A model generated the notes under the pieces. It saw only the letters and a list, made by a program, of their open reading frames with translations, searched no databases and had not been told where the DNA came from. From positions 1 to 19,280 of the forward strand of contig JBECKX010000197.1 in the NCBI GenBank assembly GCA_040235515.1: DNA of 19,280 nucleotides. Direction: 5' to 3'. The stretch is from Candidatus Zixiibacteriota bacterium. GTDB lineage: Bacteria; Zixibacteria; MSB-5A5; CAIYYT01. A program made the position numbers and the translations under genes. Below are positions 7,738 to 16,168 of this stretch, one piece after another. Position 1 is the stretch's first letter; each line of letters starts with the position of its first letter.

Positions 7738-8028
7738 TCGAGCAACTAACAAAACCTACAGGCAGAAACATTTCAACTGGGTGGGGACTCCAGGCCCCGT
7801 CATACCACCCTTACAGACAAATGGGATCCAGCGCCGGTGTACGTATCCCTGCCGGGATTGAATGGCCGAGCTACGCGTTCCCCATTGGAAAGGAGGTTTT
7901 CGCAGGCAATCAGGCCCGTAAACCTCCGAGGCGGATAATTGGAGTTAGTGCACTGCGCCTGCAGTGCCGTGCGCCTCGGAGAAGTAGTGGTTCAAGTGTG
8001 CGGGCGGCAAGCCCGTATGGGAGGAATT

Positions 8029-11000
8029 ATGAAACGAGTGATGATTGTTATCATCGCAGTGGCCATGTTAGCGCCGACATTGTTAGCGGCGGACCAGATT
8101 ATCCAGGTCAATCGACCAACGGACATTCCCTCATTCCTCGGCTATGTGCCCGATCGGTTCATAGTGGTGATGAAGTCACAAGTGGGGCCTTTGAATATTC
8201 AGATGTCAAGCCGGTCAGTCGCACAGATCGGCGATCCCGAATTCGACAAGCTATCCGAGCAGTTTGCCGTTTCAGAAATCAAGGAACAATTCCCGGGGGC
8301 ATCTCGATCCACGATGGCGCACGCGGATGAACTTGCGCGCTATCACAAAGTCACGATCAACAAAGGAACGCTCGAGGAGGCGATGGACGCCTACAGGAAG
8401 AATCCACTCGTCGAGAGCGTGGAGCCGATCGGCATACATGCCATGTACGCGGTTCCGAACGATACCTATTACTCGCCGTATCAAACCTACCACAATCAGG
8501 CGAATGATCACGATATCGACTCACCGGAAGCATGGGACATCGAGACTGGAAGTTCTTCCACCATCATTGCCCTGCTCGATTCCGGAACTCGTTACTATCA
8601 TCCTGACCTCGGTGGAGCCAACGCCTCCGTGTCAAATCCCGGCGCATCACGCGGCAATATGTGGATTAACAGCGCGGAGTTGAACGGCAGCTCCGGTGTC
8701 GATGATGATGGTAATGGTTATGTCGATGACTGGATCGGATACGACTTTATCGACGGTGTCAGCAACTGCTGGTCCGGCGAGGACTGTAACACCAAGGACA
8801 ACGATCCGCGTGATTTCAACGGTCACGGAACTCATACCGCCGGCATCATGGGAATGATAACCAATGACGGATACGGTATGGCCGGCGTGGCCGGTGGCTG
8901 GGCCAGTGGATCTCAGCCCGTCACCGCAAACGGTATCAAGGTGATGCCGCTGCGCATGGGCTACTCCTATAACTACCTTGGTCAGGAATATGGCGTTGTC
9001 ATGATGGACGCCGCCGCCGAGGCCTTCTACTACGCCGCCAACAACGGCGCCAAGATTGCTTCCTGCAGCTGGGGTTCCTCGAATACCGGCGGCATCGGGA
9101 CCGCGGCCAGTTATTTCATCAATAACGGCGGTATCATCTGCGTTGCGGCAGGTAATGATGGTACCCAGACCGCAGACTACCTGAACGGACGCGGGGACTG
9201 TATCTCCGTGGCCGCAGTCGACCAGAACGATGCAGCCGCGAGCTTCACCACCTACGGTACCTGGGTCGATATTTCGGCTCCCGGCGTCGGCATCTATTCA
9301 ACCTATCACGACCACACCGATCCGAATACAATCTACTGGGCGGCCCTCGACGGTACCTCAATGGCTACCCCGATGGTTGCCGGCGTTGTTGGCCTGATCT
9401 GGTCACACAATCCGACCTGGACCGCCGCGCAGGTCACGACTCAACTCTATTCCAGCGCGGACAACATCGATGCTTATCTTTCATCGCAGTACCTCGGAAA
9501 GATGGGCGCCGGACGCATCAACGCTTACAACGCGGTAAACACCGGCCCGCCACCGGCGCCGGTCGCCGAGTTCTCCGGCTCGCCCACAACGGGTACAGAA
9601 CCACTTACCGTGAACTTTACCGACCAGTCAACCGGTAGCATTACCAGTTGGGCATGGACTTTCGGTGATGGTGGTACATCCACCGCCCAGAACCCGTCGC
9701 ACCAGTACACCTCGGCCGGTTCATACACCGTGAGCCTGACCGTAACGGGTCCCGGCGGTTCCGATGGTGAAACCAAGACCAACTACGTCACGGTCAATCC
9801 CTGTACGACACCGACCGCGAATTTCGTGGGTTCACCCACCAGCGGTGATTACCCGCTCAATGTCAGCTTCACCGATCAATCGACCGGCGGCGCTACTTCG
9901 TGGTCGTGGAACTTCGGTGATGGCGGTACCTCTACCGCACAGAATCCGTCACACACCTACACTTCCGCCGGGAGCTACACGGTAACGCTCACGGCCTCCA
10001 ACGCCTGTGGCAGTGATCAGTTTGTCAGAACCAACTATATCACCGTCACGACACCGCCGTGCGATCCACCGGTAGCAGACTTCACCGGCTCGCCGACGTC
10101 GGGTACATATCCGTTGACGGTCAACTTCACTGACCTTTCAACCAACTCGCCGACGAGCTGGAGTTGGAATTTCGGTGATGGTGGCACGTCGACGGCACAG
10201 AATCCGTCGCACAACTATACAGCCGCCGGAAACTACACGGTGTCGCTGACCGCTACCAATTCATGCGGATCAGACGGTGAAACGAAAACCGCGTATATAA
10301 CCGTGAGCGAGCCGTCGTCCGACTACGCCACACTGCCCTACTCGACCGGGTTCGAGAGTGGTGCGTTCGATCAGTACTGGTTCACGCAGAGCAATAACTC
10401 TGAGGGCAGGATTCTGATCACGACCGCCAACTCACCACGCGGTACCTATCACATGACGATGGATGATAACACGAATGGCGGACTGTATGCACAAAATGAG
10501 GCCTGGCTGCGGCTTGACCTCTCCGGTGAGACCGCCGTTGAGCTATCGTTCTGGTGGAAGGAATTCGGCGACGAAAGTCATACCCAGGATGGTGTGTTCC
10601 TCTCGGATAATGGTGGAAGCACCTTCGTGAAGGTGTACAGCCTGATCAATGGCAGCACCAGTTATCAACAGATCACGCTCGATATCGACCAGCTGGCTGC
10701 CTCCAACGGCCTCAGCCTGAATAGCACATTCGTCGTGAAATTCCAGCAGTACGATAACTACAGCATCGCGACCGATGGATTTGCGTTTGATGATATCAGC
10801 GTGATTGCTGTAACGCCTCCGCCGCCGGTCGCCGAGTTCAGTGGCGCCCCGACCTCCGGCACCACACCGCTCACAGTCGACTTCACTGATCTCTCCTCCA
10901 ACAACCCGACTAGCTGGAGCTGGAGCTTCGGTGATGGTGGTACATCGACCGCTCAGAATCCTTCGCATACTTACACGTCGGCCGGCAGCTACACAGTCAG

Positions 11001-11865
11001 CCTGACGGCGACGAATGCGTGGGGAAGCGACGGTGAAACCAAAACCGGCTACATCACCGTATCCGATCCGAGTTCATCCGGTGTGATCACCTACGATGAC
11101 TTCGAGAGTGGAATGGGTAACTACACCGACGGTGGTGGCGACATGTCACTCTATACCGGTGGTACCTATGCCTGGGAGGGCAGCAACGCTGCTGACATCC
11201 AGGACAACAGTGGTGTTGCCTCCTCGTTCTATCATACCACTGGTTATGATGTGAGCGGCTATACATCGCTTGAGGTGGAATTCTACTTTGTGGCGATTAG
11301 CATGGAGCCGAATGAGGACTTCTGGGTGCAGTACTTCGATGGATCATCCTGGTTGACTGTCGCGTCATTCGCACGGGGAGTCGACTTCAACAACAACACC
11401 TTCTACAACGCGATCGTGACGATTCCTTCCAGCTCGTACAACTTCCCGACCAACGCCAGGCTGCGCTTCATGTGCGATGCCAGCGGCAATCAGGATGATG
11501 TCTACATCGACAACATCGAGTGGCGTGGAATCGGAAGCGGGGCATTCGTGGATGGCAGCGTACCTGCCCTGCAGGCGCGCAAGTCGGTCGCGGTGTTGCC
11601 GGATGACTACGTTCTGAACCAGAACCAGCCCAATCCGTTTAACCCCGTCACAGCGATCAGTTTCGGTCTTCCGGAAGCAACCCACGCGACACTGTGTGTT
11701 TACAATGTGCTGGGCCAGAAAGTCGCCACACTGGCGGATGGAGAGTTCCAGCCGGGCGTTCATCGCTTTGAATGGGATGCCCGCTCGCAGCCGAGTGGAG
11801 TTTATCTCTACAAGCTGGTAACTTCGGAGTACACCGAAACGAAGAAGATGTTGCTCCTGAAGTAG
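8029..11865 (+). CDS. Secreted S8 (subtilisin-like) serine peptidase with 4 PKD domains, two jelly-roll-like domains and a C-terminal T9SS/FlgD-like sorting domain
   Basis: Catalytic triad motifs LLDSG, GHGTH and GTSMA. Signal peptide MKRVMIV..LAA. Four PKD repeats (WxFGDGGTSTAQNPSH). C-terminus LNQNQPNPFNP..GVYLYKL..KKMLLLK. Start moved to ATG 8029 (GGGAGG RBS), giving 1278 aa. Confidence 0.93.
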   Translation: MKRVMIVIIAVAMLAPTLLAADQIIQVNRPTDIPSFLGYVPDRFIVVMKSQVGPLNIQMSSRSVAQIGDPEFDKLSEQFAVSEIKEQFPGASRSTMAHADELARYHKVTINKGTLEEAMDAYRKNPLVESVEPIGIHAMYAVPNDTYYSPYQTYHNQANDHDIDSPEAWDIETGSSSTIIALLDSGTRYYHPDLGGANASVSNPGASRGNMWINSAELNGSSGVDDDGNGYVDDWIGYDFIDGVSNCWSGEDCNTKDNDPRDFNGHGTHTAGIMGMITNDGYGMAGVAGGWASGSQPVTANGIKVMPLRMGYSYNYLGQEYGVVMMDAAAEAFYYAANNGAKIASCSWGSSNTGGIGTAASYFINNGGIICVAAGNDGTQTADYLNGRGDCISVAAVDQNDAAASFTTYGTWVDISAPGVGIYSTYHDHTDPNTIYWAALDGTSMATPMVAGVVGLIWSHNPTWTAAQVTTQLYSSADNIDAYLSSQYLGKMGAGRINAYNAVNTGPPPAPVAEFSGSPTTGTEPLTVNFTDQSTGSITSWAWTFGDGGTSTAQNPSHQYTSAGSYTVSLTVTGPGGSDGETKTNYVTVNPCTTPTANFVGSPTSGDYPLNVSFTDQSTGGATSWSWNFGDGGTSTAQNPSHTYTSAGSYTVTLTASNACGSDQFVRTNYITVTTPPCDPPVADFTGSPTSGTYPLTVNFTDLSTNSPTSWSWNFGDGGTSTAQNPSHNYTAAGNYTVSLTATNSCGSDGETKTAYITVSEPSSDYATLPYSTGFESGAFDQYWFTQSNNSEGRILITTANSPRGTYHMTMDDNTNGGLYAQNEAWLRLDLSGETAVELSFWWKEFGDESHTQDGVFLSDNGGSTFVKVYSLINGSTSYQQITLDIDQLAASNGLSLNSTFVVKFQQYDNYSIATDGFAFDDISVIAVTPPPPVAEFSGAPTSGTTPLTVDFTDLSSNNPTSWSWSFGDGGTSTAQNPSHTYTSAGSYTVSLTATNAWGSDGETKTGYITVSDPSSSGVITYDDFESGMGNYTDGGGDMSLYTGGTYAWEGSNAADIQDNSGVASSFYHTTGYDVSGYTSLEVEFYFVAISMEPNEDFWVQYFDGSSWLTVASFARGVDFNNNTFYNAIVTIPSSSYNFPTNARLRFMCDASGNQDDVYIDNIEWRGIGSGAFVDGSVPALQARKSVAVLPDDYVLNQNQPNPFNPVTAISFGLPEATHATLCVYNVLGQKVATLADGEFQPGVHRFEWDARSQPSGVYLYKLVTSEYTETKKMLLLK

Positions 11866-11947
11866 GATGAAGCGACCGAGCGGCGTGGCTCGAACGGTCA
11901 ACCCCCGTTCGCACACCCGCCAGGTCATAGCTTGACATTTCTCATTT

Positions 11948-11981
11948 AAGGAAGAAGGCCGGCGCTTTCGTGCCGGCCTTC
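11948..11981. terminator. Probable bidirectional intrinsic terminator
   Basis: GAAGGCCGGC/GCCGGCCTTC 10-bp stem. On the minus strand it has a GAAA tetraloop and a TTCCTT tail. It lies downstream of the S8 gene on the plus strand. Confidence 0.65.
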
Positions 11982-12272
11982 ATGCTTCACCTGCTGCGAG
12001 TAGTGAAGTATCCAGTCAAGGCTGTGAGCAGTGAGCATTTCTTTCTGCCTGTGTCAACGATCTGATCCAGTTCATTTGCGCAGGCTCCGTGTCGCGATTC
12101 TCCGACAAACCGCGACACGGACAGGTCATCAGTCCCCTTTGCGCCGGGAAAATTGCTTTTCTTCGGCCAGCCCCCGAGGGAATACTCTAAATCGTGTTCC
12201 CCGCACTAAACTTCCCCTTTGCGATTACCTCTCTGAGTGTTCCCCTCTTTGGGCCCCTTTTCGATAAGTCAG
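11948..12272 (-). ncRNA. Candidate sigma54-dependent small RNA (~320 nt) with periodic GGGG motifs
   Basis: Bounded by a sigma54 promoter (12283-12298) and a terminator (11948-11981). No ORF of 60 aa or more on this strand. Repeated CG(C/A)AAAGGGG x3 and GGGGAACAC x2, plus a long hairpin at 12087-12120. Confidence 0.5.
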
Positions 12273-12282
12273 TTAACGTTAT

Positions 12283-12298
12283 TGCAACGGGTGTGCCA
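12283..12298 (-). promoter_or_regulatory. sigma54 (RpoN) -24/-12 promoter
   Basis: Minus strand TGGCAC-ACCCG-TTGCA matches the consensus TGGCAC-N5-TTGC(A/T). Confidence 0.75.
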
Positions 12299-12351
12299 AA
12301 ATCAGAGGAGTCTGTTCAGCGGCGTAAGCTGCACGGGGAGAATGGGTGTCG

Positions 12352-12390
12352 AAAATGAAAAGGTCGCCGGCCTGTCGAGCCTGCGACCTT
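12352..12390 (-). terminator. Intrinsic terminator of cysK
   Basis: Minus strand AAGGTCGC-AGGC..GCCG-GCGACCTT followed by TTCATTTT, about 40 nt after the cysK stop. Confidence 0.75.
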
Positions 12391-12427
12391 CGTTTCCATG
12401 CTGAAACAAAAAACGAAACAAACCGTT

Positions 12428-13366
12428 TCAGTTCGCTCCAAGTTCGGAGTATGTCGGAGTAGAGAGGTAACGCTCGCCGGTATCGCAGATAAACGTGACG
12501 ATCAGTTTGCCCTCACTCTCAGGCCTCGCAGCAATTCTCATTGCAGCGGCTACATTGGCGCCTGCCGAGATACCAAGCAGGATACCTTCCTCGCGCACCA
12601 CGCGCCGAGTCGTCTCGATTGCCTCCTCGTTTTCGACGGTCAGGATTTCATCCGCCAGCTCGATCTCCAGGATATCGGGTTTGAATCCTGCGCCGATTCC
12701 CTGGATCGGATGTGGCCCTTTCGTTCCTTTGGAGAGGAATGGAGACGCCGCCGGCTCTACCGCAATCACGCGGAGATCAGGCTTGCGTGGCTTGAGAACC
12801 CTGGCACAGCCGGTGATCGTTCCACCCGTGCCAATGGCGGACACTATGACATCGACATTCCCATCGGTATCTGTCCAGATCTCCTCGGCGGTGGTCCTGG
12901 CGTGGATTTCGGGGTTCGCGGGATTCTTGAATTGCTGCGGCATGAAGTAGCGCTCCGGATCGGTGGCAACCTTCTCTTCAGCGTGCTTCACCGCGCCGGG
13001 CATCCCCTCCGCGCCGGGCGTAAGCACCAGTTGTGCGCCGAACGCTTTGAGCAGATTGCGACGCTCGATCGACATTGTCTCCGGCATGTACAACACCAGC
13101 TTGTAACCCTTCATGGCGCAGACGAAGGCAAGCGCGATACCCGTGTTTCCGGATGTCGGCTCAATAATGACCGTCTCCGGTTTGATCTTGCCATCCCGTT
13201 CAGCAGCCTCGATCATCGCCAGACCGATACGATCCTTGACCGATGAGCAGGGATTGAATGACTCCAGCTTACCCGCAACTCGTCCATGCAATCCTCCGGC
13301 AACCCGGTCGAGGTACACCAGCGGAGTCTTGCCAATCAGTTTGGTAATGTCTTCAGCGATTCTCAT
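12428..13366 (-). CDS. cysK: Cysteine synthase A (O-acetylserine sulfhydrylase)
   Basis: PLP lysine motif [64 protein letters not shown]. Confidence 0.97.
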   Translation of the reverse strand: MRIAEDITKLIGKTPLVYLDRVAGGLHGRVAGKLESFNPCSSVKDRIGLAMIEAAERDGKIKPETVIIEPTSGNTGIALAFVCAMKGYKLVLYMPETMSIERRNLLKAFGAQLVLTPGAEGMPGAVKHAEEKVATDPERYFMPQQFKNPANPEIHARTTAEEIWTDTDGNVDVIVSAIGTGGTITGCARVLKPRKPDLRVIAVEPAASPFLSKGTKGPHPIQGIGAGFKPDILEIELADEILTVENEEAIETTRRVVREEGILLGISAGANVAAAMRIAARPESEGKLIVTFICDTGERYLSTPTYSELGAN

Positions 13367-13481
13367 AACAACACTCCTTAGAAGTGAATTTTAATCTTCG
13401 TGCTTCAATAGAATCGGTCAGCAGTATCACCCAATTGCACAGAGCGCGTGCTTCGCACAGGTGTGGCGACAAATGCGAAAG

Positions 13482-13919
13482 CTATATCCAATACATCTCG
13501 GCAGCCTGGCCCGACTGCTCGATCACGTCACTTAAGGTGATGGCATCAAGGTTTGACTCAATGATCTTCGCCTGACGATCGATTACATCTGTTAAGACAC
13601 GCCCGACGCTATTCGACCGCCGCCCCAGCTTCGGATATCCGCCGCTCGACACCGCCAGGCTGCTCCGCCCCTCGCAAGCGAGGATTATCTCACGCAGGGT
13701 TATCTCGGCAGGTTTGCCGGCAAGTTGATAGCCACCGGACGCTCCGCGCACCGAATTGACAATTCCCATCGCCCGCAAGCGCGAAAACAGCAACTCCAGG
13801 AATCTTTGAGGTAGTTCCCGGGCGAGCGCAATCTCGCGGACTCCGATATGCCGCGTGCGCCCCTCGATAGCCAGGTGCACCAGCGCGATCAATCCGTAAT
13901 AGCTCTTGTTCGTAATCAT
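13482..13919 (-). CDS. Rrf2-family transcriptional regulator, CymR-like
   Basis: Rrf2 wHTH (KSYYGLIAL..REIA..FLELLFSRL..SVRGASGGYQL..EITLREII). Only one Cys, so no IscR/NsrR Fe-S ligand triad. C-terminal MYWI. Directly upstream of cysK. Confidence 0.9.
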   Translation of the reverse strand: MITNKSYYGLIALVHLAIEGRTRHIGVREIALARELPQRFLELLFSRLRAMGIVNSVRGASGGYQLAGKPAEITLREIILACEGRSSLAVSSGGYPKLGRRSNSVGRVLTDVIDRQAKIIESNLDAITLSDVIEQSGQAAEMYWI

Positions 13920-13925
13920 CGATTT

Positions 13926-13953
13926 AAGATATCCTCGATTTCCAATTCGTCAA
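13926..13953 (-). promoter_or_regulatory. Putative sigma70 promoter of rrf2-cysK (possibly leaderless)
   Basis: Minus strand TTGACG-N16-TATCTT-N6-ATG (13919), with an AT-rich upstream tract. Confidence 0.55.
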
Positions 13954-14334
13954 TAAAAATACACAAAACATCATCGGATTTACGTAATTTTGTTAGGGTG
14001 CTCCGTTTTCTGAACGAAGGCGAGTTGTTTTCTCATGGCAGAGGAAGAGCGTAGCGGGACTGTCCCCGGCGAAAGGGGGATAATTAAGGCTTGCTGCGCG
14101 GCGTTTGCAGACGCATATTATTGGTTTAAGAGGGTTTTGGGAGGCGCATTCTGTCTCCCCGACCTCAGAGATTTACAAGCCAGGACAAGATCAACACGTT
14201 CTAAGAACGAGTCAGAGCCTGGCAGGAGAGCTGCTCGAAGCGGCGGGAATCCTGGTAAGATCGTCGCCCGACTGCCTCTAATGACAGGAATTACAGAAAA
14301 ATCACGATCTGGAATAACACCCACAGGAGGTTCA

Positions 14335-15909
14335 ATGTTCTTTCGCACTTCAGCGAGCAGTAGTGTCTGGCTGGTAGTAGCAGCCTTGCTCGGTGCCGCC
14401 GCAGTAGCCATTTTGGGCGGTTGCAGCCAGAATACCAGCAGCACCCAGGCTTCCGTTTATCAGGATCCGCCGGAAATGACCGCGACCTATGATTCGCTCG
14501 AATCTCTGGCCGCCAATACCGGCAAGACACTTGGATTCGAAGACTATGAGTCCGTCTACAAGCATTTCATGAGTCAGTATCCCAATTCCACCCCGCTTCA
14601 CCGTGACTGGCAATCGACGCTCGATGCTTTCAATCGCAGTGATGAGAAAGTGGAGATGTACAAGAAGCTGCACGAGGACAATCCCGAGTCAGCGATGTAT
14701 GCCTATCTTTACGGGCGTGTATTACCGGATGGACAGGATCGCGAAATGTTCAAGCAGGCTATCGAACTCGACCCTGATTACTTCTGGGGCAACTTTGGAT
14801 ATGCGATAGTCTCACTCAGAAGCAATCCGGTTGACACTGCTGAAGGGATCAAGTATTTGGAGAAGGCGCTGGAGGCCGATATGACCTATCCGAGCGTCTA
14901 CACCCAGTTGATCAACATCAATGAGGAACGCGGCAATCTCGACGCGGCGCTCGAATATGCGAAAGGCTATGCCAGGACATCCCCGGAGAGCTATCGACCG
15001 ATCGAGGCTCAAGTCGATCTACTGAATCGCCTCAATCGCGCCGATGAGGCTGAGAAGCTGTTGCTGGATTTCGCCAACGCGCATGAAGACAATGGCGGCG
15101 TACGCACACGGCTGGTTGAGTACTACAAGTCGAAGGACAATCTGGCTGAGGCGCTGAAGTGGCAATACCAGGTTGTGAAGATTTCGCGCGATCCTGATGC
15201 GGCGCTGGTTGATGTCGCCAAGCTGCACCTCGCTATGAATCAGGCTGATTCGGCTCTCTGGTACTTGAATGAGGCTGCCGGCAGAGGCTACGCCGATTTC
15301 CGTCGCGTCGCTAACAACCCGGAGCTTGCCGCAGTCAAGGAGGTCGAGGGCTTCGACAAACTGATGACTACGCTTAAGACAAACGCTGAGGCTGCCCGCG
15401 ATCAGCGGTTGGCAGGCTTCCTGGAGAATGCCGCCGCAAACCGCACCGAGGCAATCGATGGCAAGCTCAACGAAGTTGCTCCCACTTTTGCGTTCAAAAA
15501 TCTTGAAGGCAAGACAGTCGCGCTTGAGGACCTGCGCGGCAGCGTCGTGGTCATCGATTTCTGGGCGACCTGGTGCGGGCCGTGTCGCATGACCATGCCC
15601 GTGCTTCAGGAATTCGTCGATCGTGCACCGGCGAATGTTGAATTCCTCTCACTCAATGTATGGGAAGATGATCAGTCGAAAGTGCAGCCCTTCATTCAAG
15701 ACTTCGGTTACAGCTTCAACGTCCTCTACGGCGACAACCAGGTCGCCTCGGACTATGGCGTTACCGGAATTCCCACCATGGTGGTGATCGATCCGCAAGG
15801 CAAGCTGCAGTACCGTCACGTCGGCTACGATCCGCATCTCGACCAGATCCTGCTCTGGCAAACGGAACATTTGCTGAAACAGTCAGGCGGAACGCAAGCC
15901 AAACTGTAG
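14335..15909 (+). CDS. Lipoprotein with TPR repeats and C-terminal TlpA/ResA-like thioredoxin domain (WCGPC)
   Basis: Start moved to ATG 14335 (AGGAGG RBS). Lipobox AILGG/C. TPR-like helices (FKQAIELDPDY, YLEKALEAD). DFWATWCGPC and cis-Pro loop YGVTGIPT. Confidence 0.9.
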   Translation: MFFRTSASSSVWLVVAALLGAAAVAILGGCSQNTSSTQASVYQDPPEMTATYDSLESLAANTGKTLGFEDYESVYKHFMSQYPNSTPLHRDWQSTLDAFNRSDEKVEMYKKLHEDNPESAMYAYLYGRVLPDGQDREMFKQAIELDPDYFWGNFGYAIVSLRSNPVDTAEGIKYLEKALEADMTYPSVYTQLININEERGNLDAALEYAKGYARTSPESYRPIEAQVDLLNRLNRADEAEKLLLDFANAHEDNGGVRTRLVEYYKSKDNLAEALKWQYQVVKISRDPDAALVDVAKLHLAMNQADSALWYLNEAAGRGYADFRRVANNPELAAVKEVEGFDKLMTTLKTNAEAARDQRLAGFLENAAANRTEAIDGKLNEVAPTFAFKNLEGKTVALEDLRGSVVVIDFWATWCGPCRMTMPVLQEFVDRAPANVEFLSLNVWEDDQSKVQPFIQDFGYSFNVLYGDNQVASDYGVTGIPTMVVIDPQGKLQYRHVGYDPHLDQILLWQTEHLLKQSGGTQAKL

Positions 15910-15946
15910 GCGATTGACGACATAGAGTAACAGGAAACTTTATTTC

Positions 15947-15983
15947 AACCGGCGGATCAGCGCGATCCGCCGGTTTTGTTTTT
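15947..15983 (+). terminator. Strong intrinsic terminator
   Basis: AACCGGCGGATC-AGCGC-GATCCGCCGGTT, a 12-bp perfect stem followed by TTGTTTTT. Confidence 0.9.
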
Positions 15984-16168
15984 GCTAGCGAGCTCATCGC
16001 CCTCAATATGAGCAAAGCGCTAGCGCACTGTTATGACTTGGTAGCGTCTGATTAAGCAGTTGCAGCGAGTACAACCACTTCCTACATTGGCGCATTGAAA
16101 CAGGCGGCGAGGCGCCCAGCGGCTCGCCGGGTGCAAGTCCTATTACTCTCAGGCGAAATTGGAATACC

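Noticed and set aside
7821..8028. Upstream start 7939 for the S8 gene and ORF 7821-8330
   Set aside because: The signal peptide and the GGGAGG RBS point to ATG 8029. The other ORF overlaps the S8 gene out of frame and has no protein-like features.
12031..12267. Plus-strand 78-aa ORF in the sRNA candidate region
   Set aside because: It lies after the S8 terminator with no RBS or promoter, and the sigma54 promoter points the other way.
12398..13246. 282-aa plus-strand ORF
   Set aside because: Antisense shadow of cysK, typical of GC-rich coding sequence.
14030..14166. SAM-I-like riboswitch (GGGACTGTCCC) or N-terminal extension of the TlpA gene from 14035
   Set aside because: G-U-rich hairpins are present, but the SAM-I AUC..GAG, GCAACC and GUGC elements are missing. 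The lipoprotein signal and RBS fix the start at 14335.
14220..14235. Second sigma54 promoter TGGCAG-N5-CTGCT upstream of the TlpA gene
   Set aside because: The GG-N10-GC spacing is right, but two consensus mismatches in GC-rich DNA make it too weak to call.
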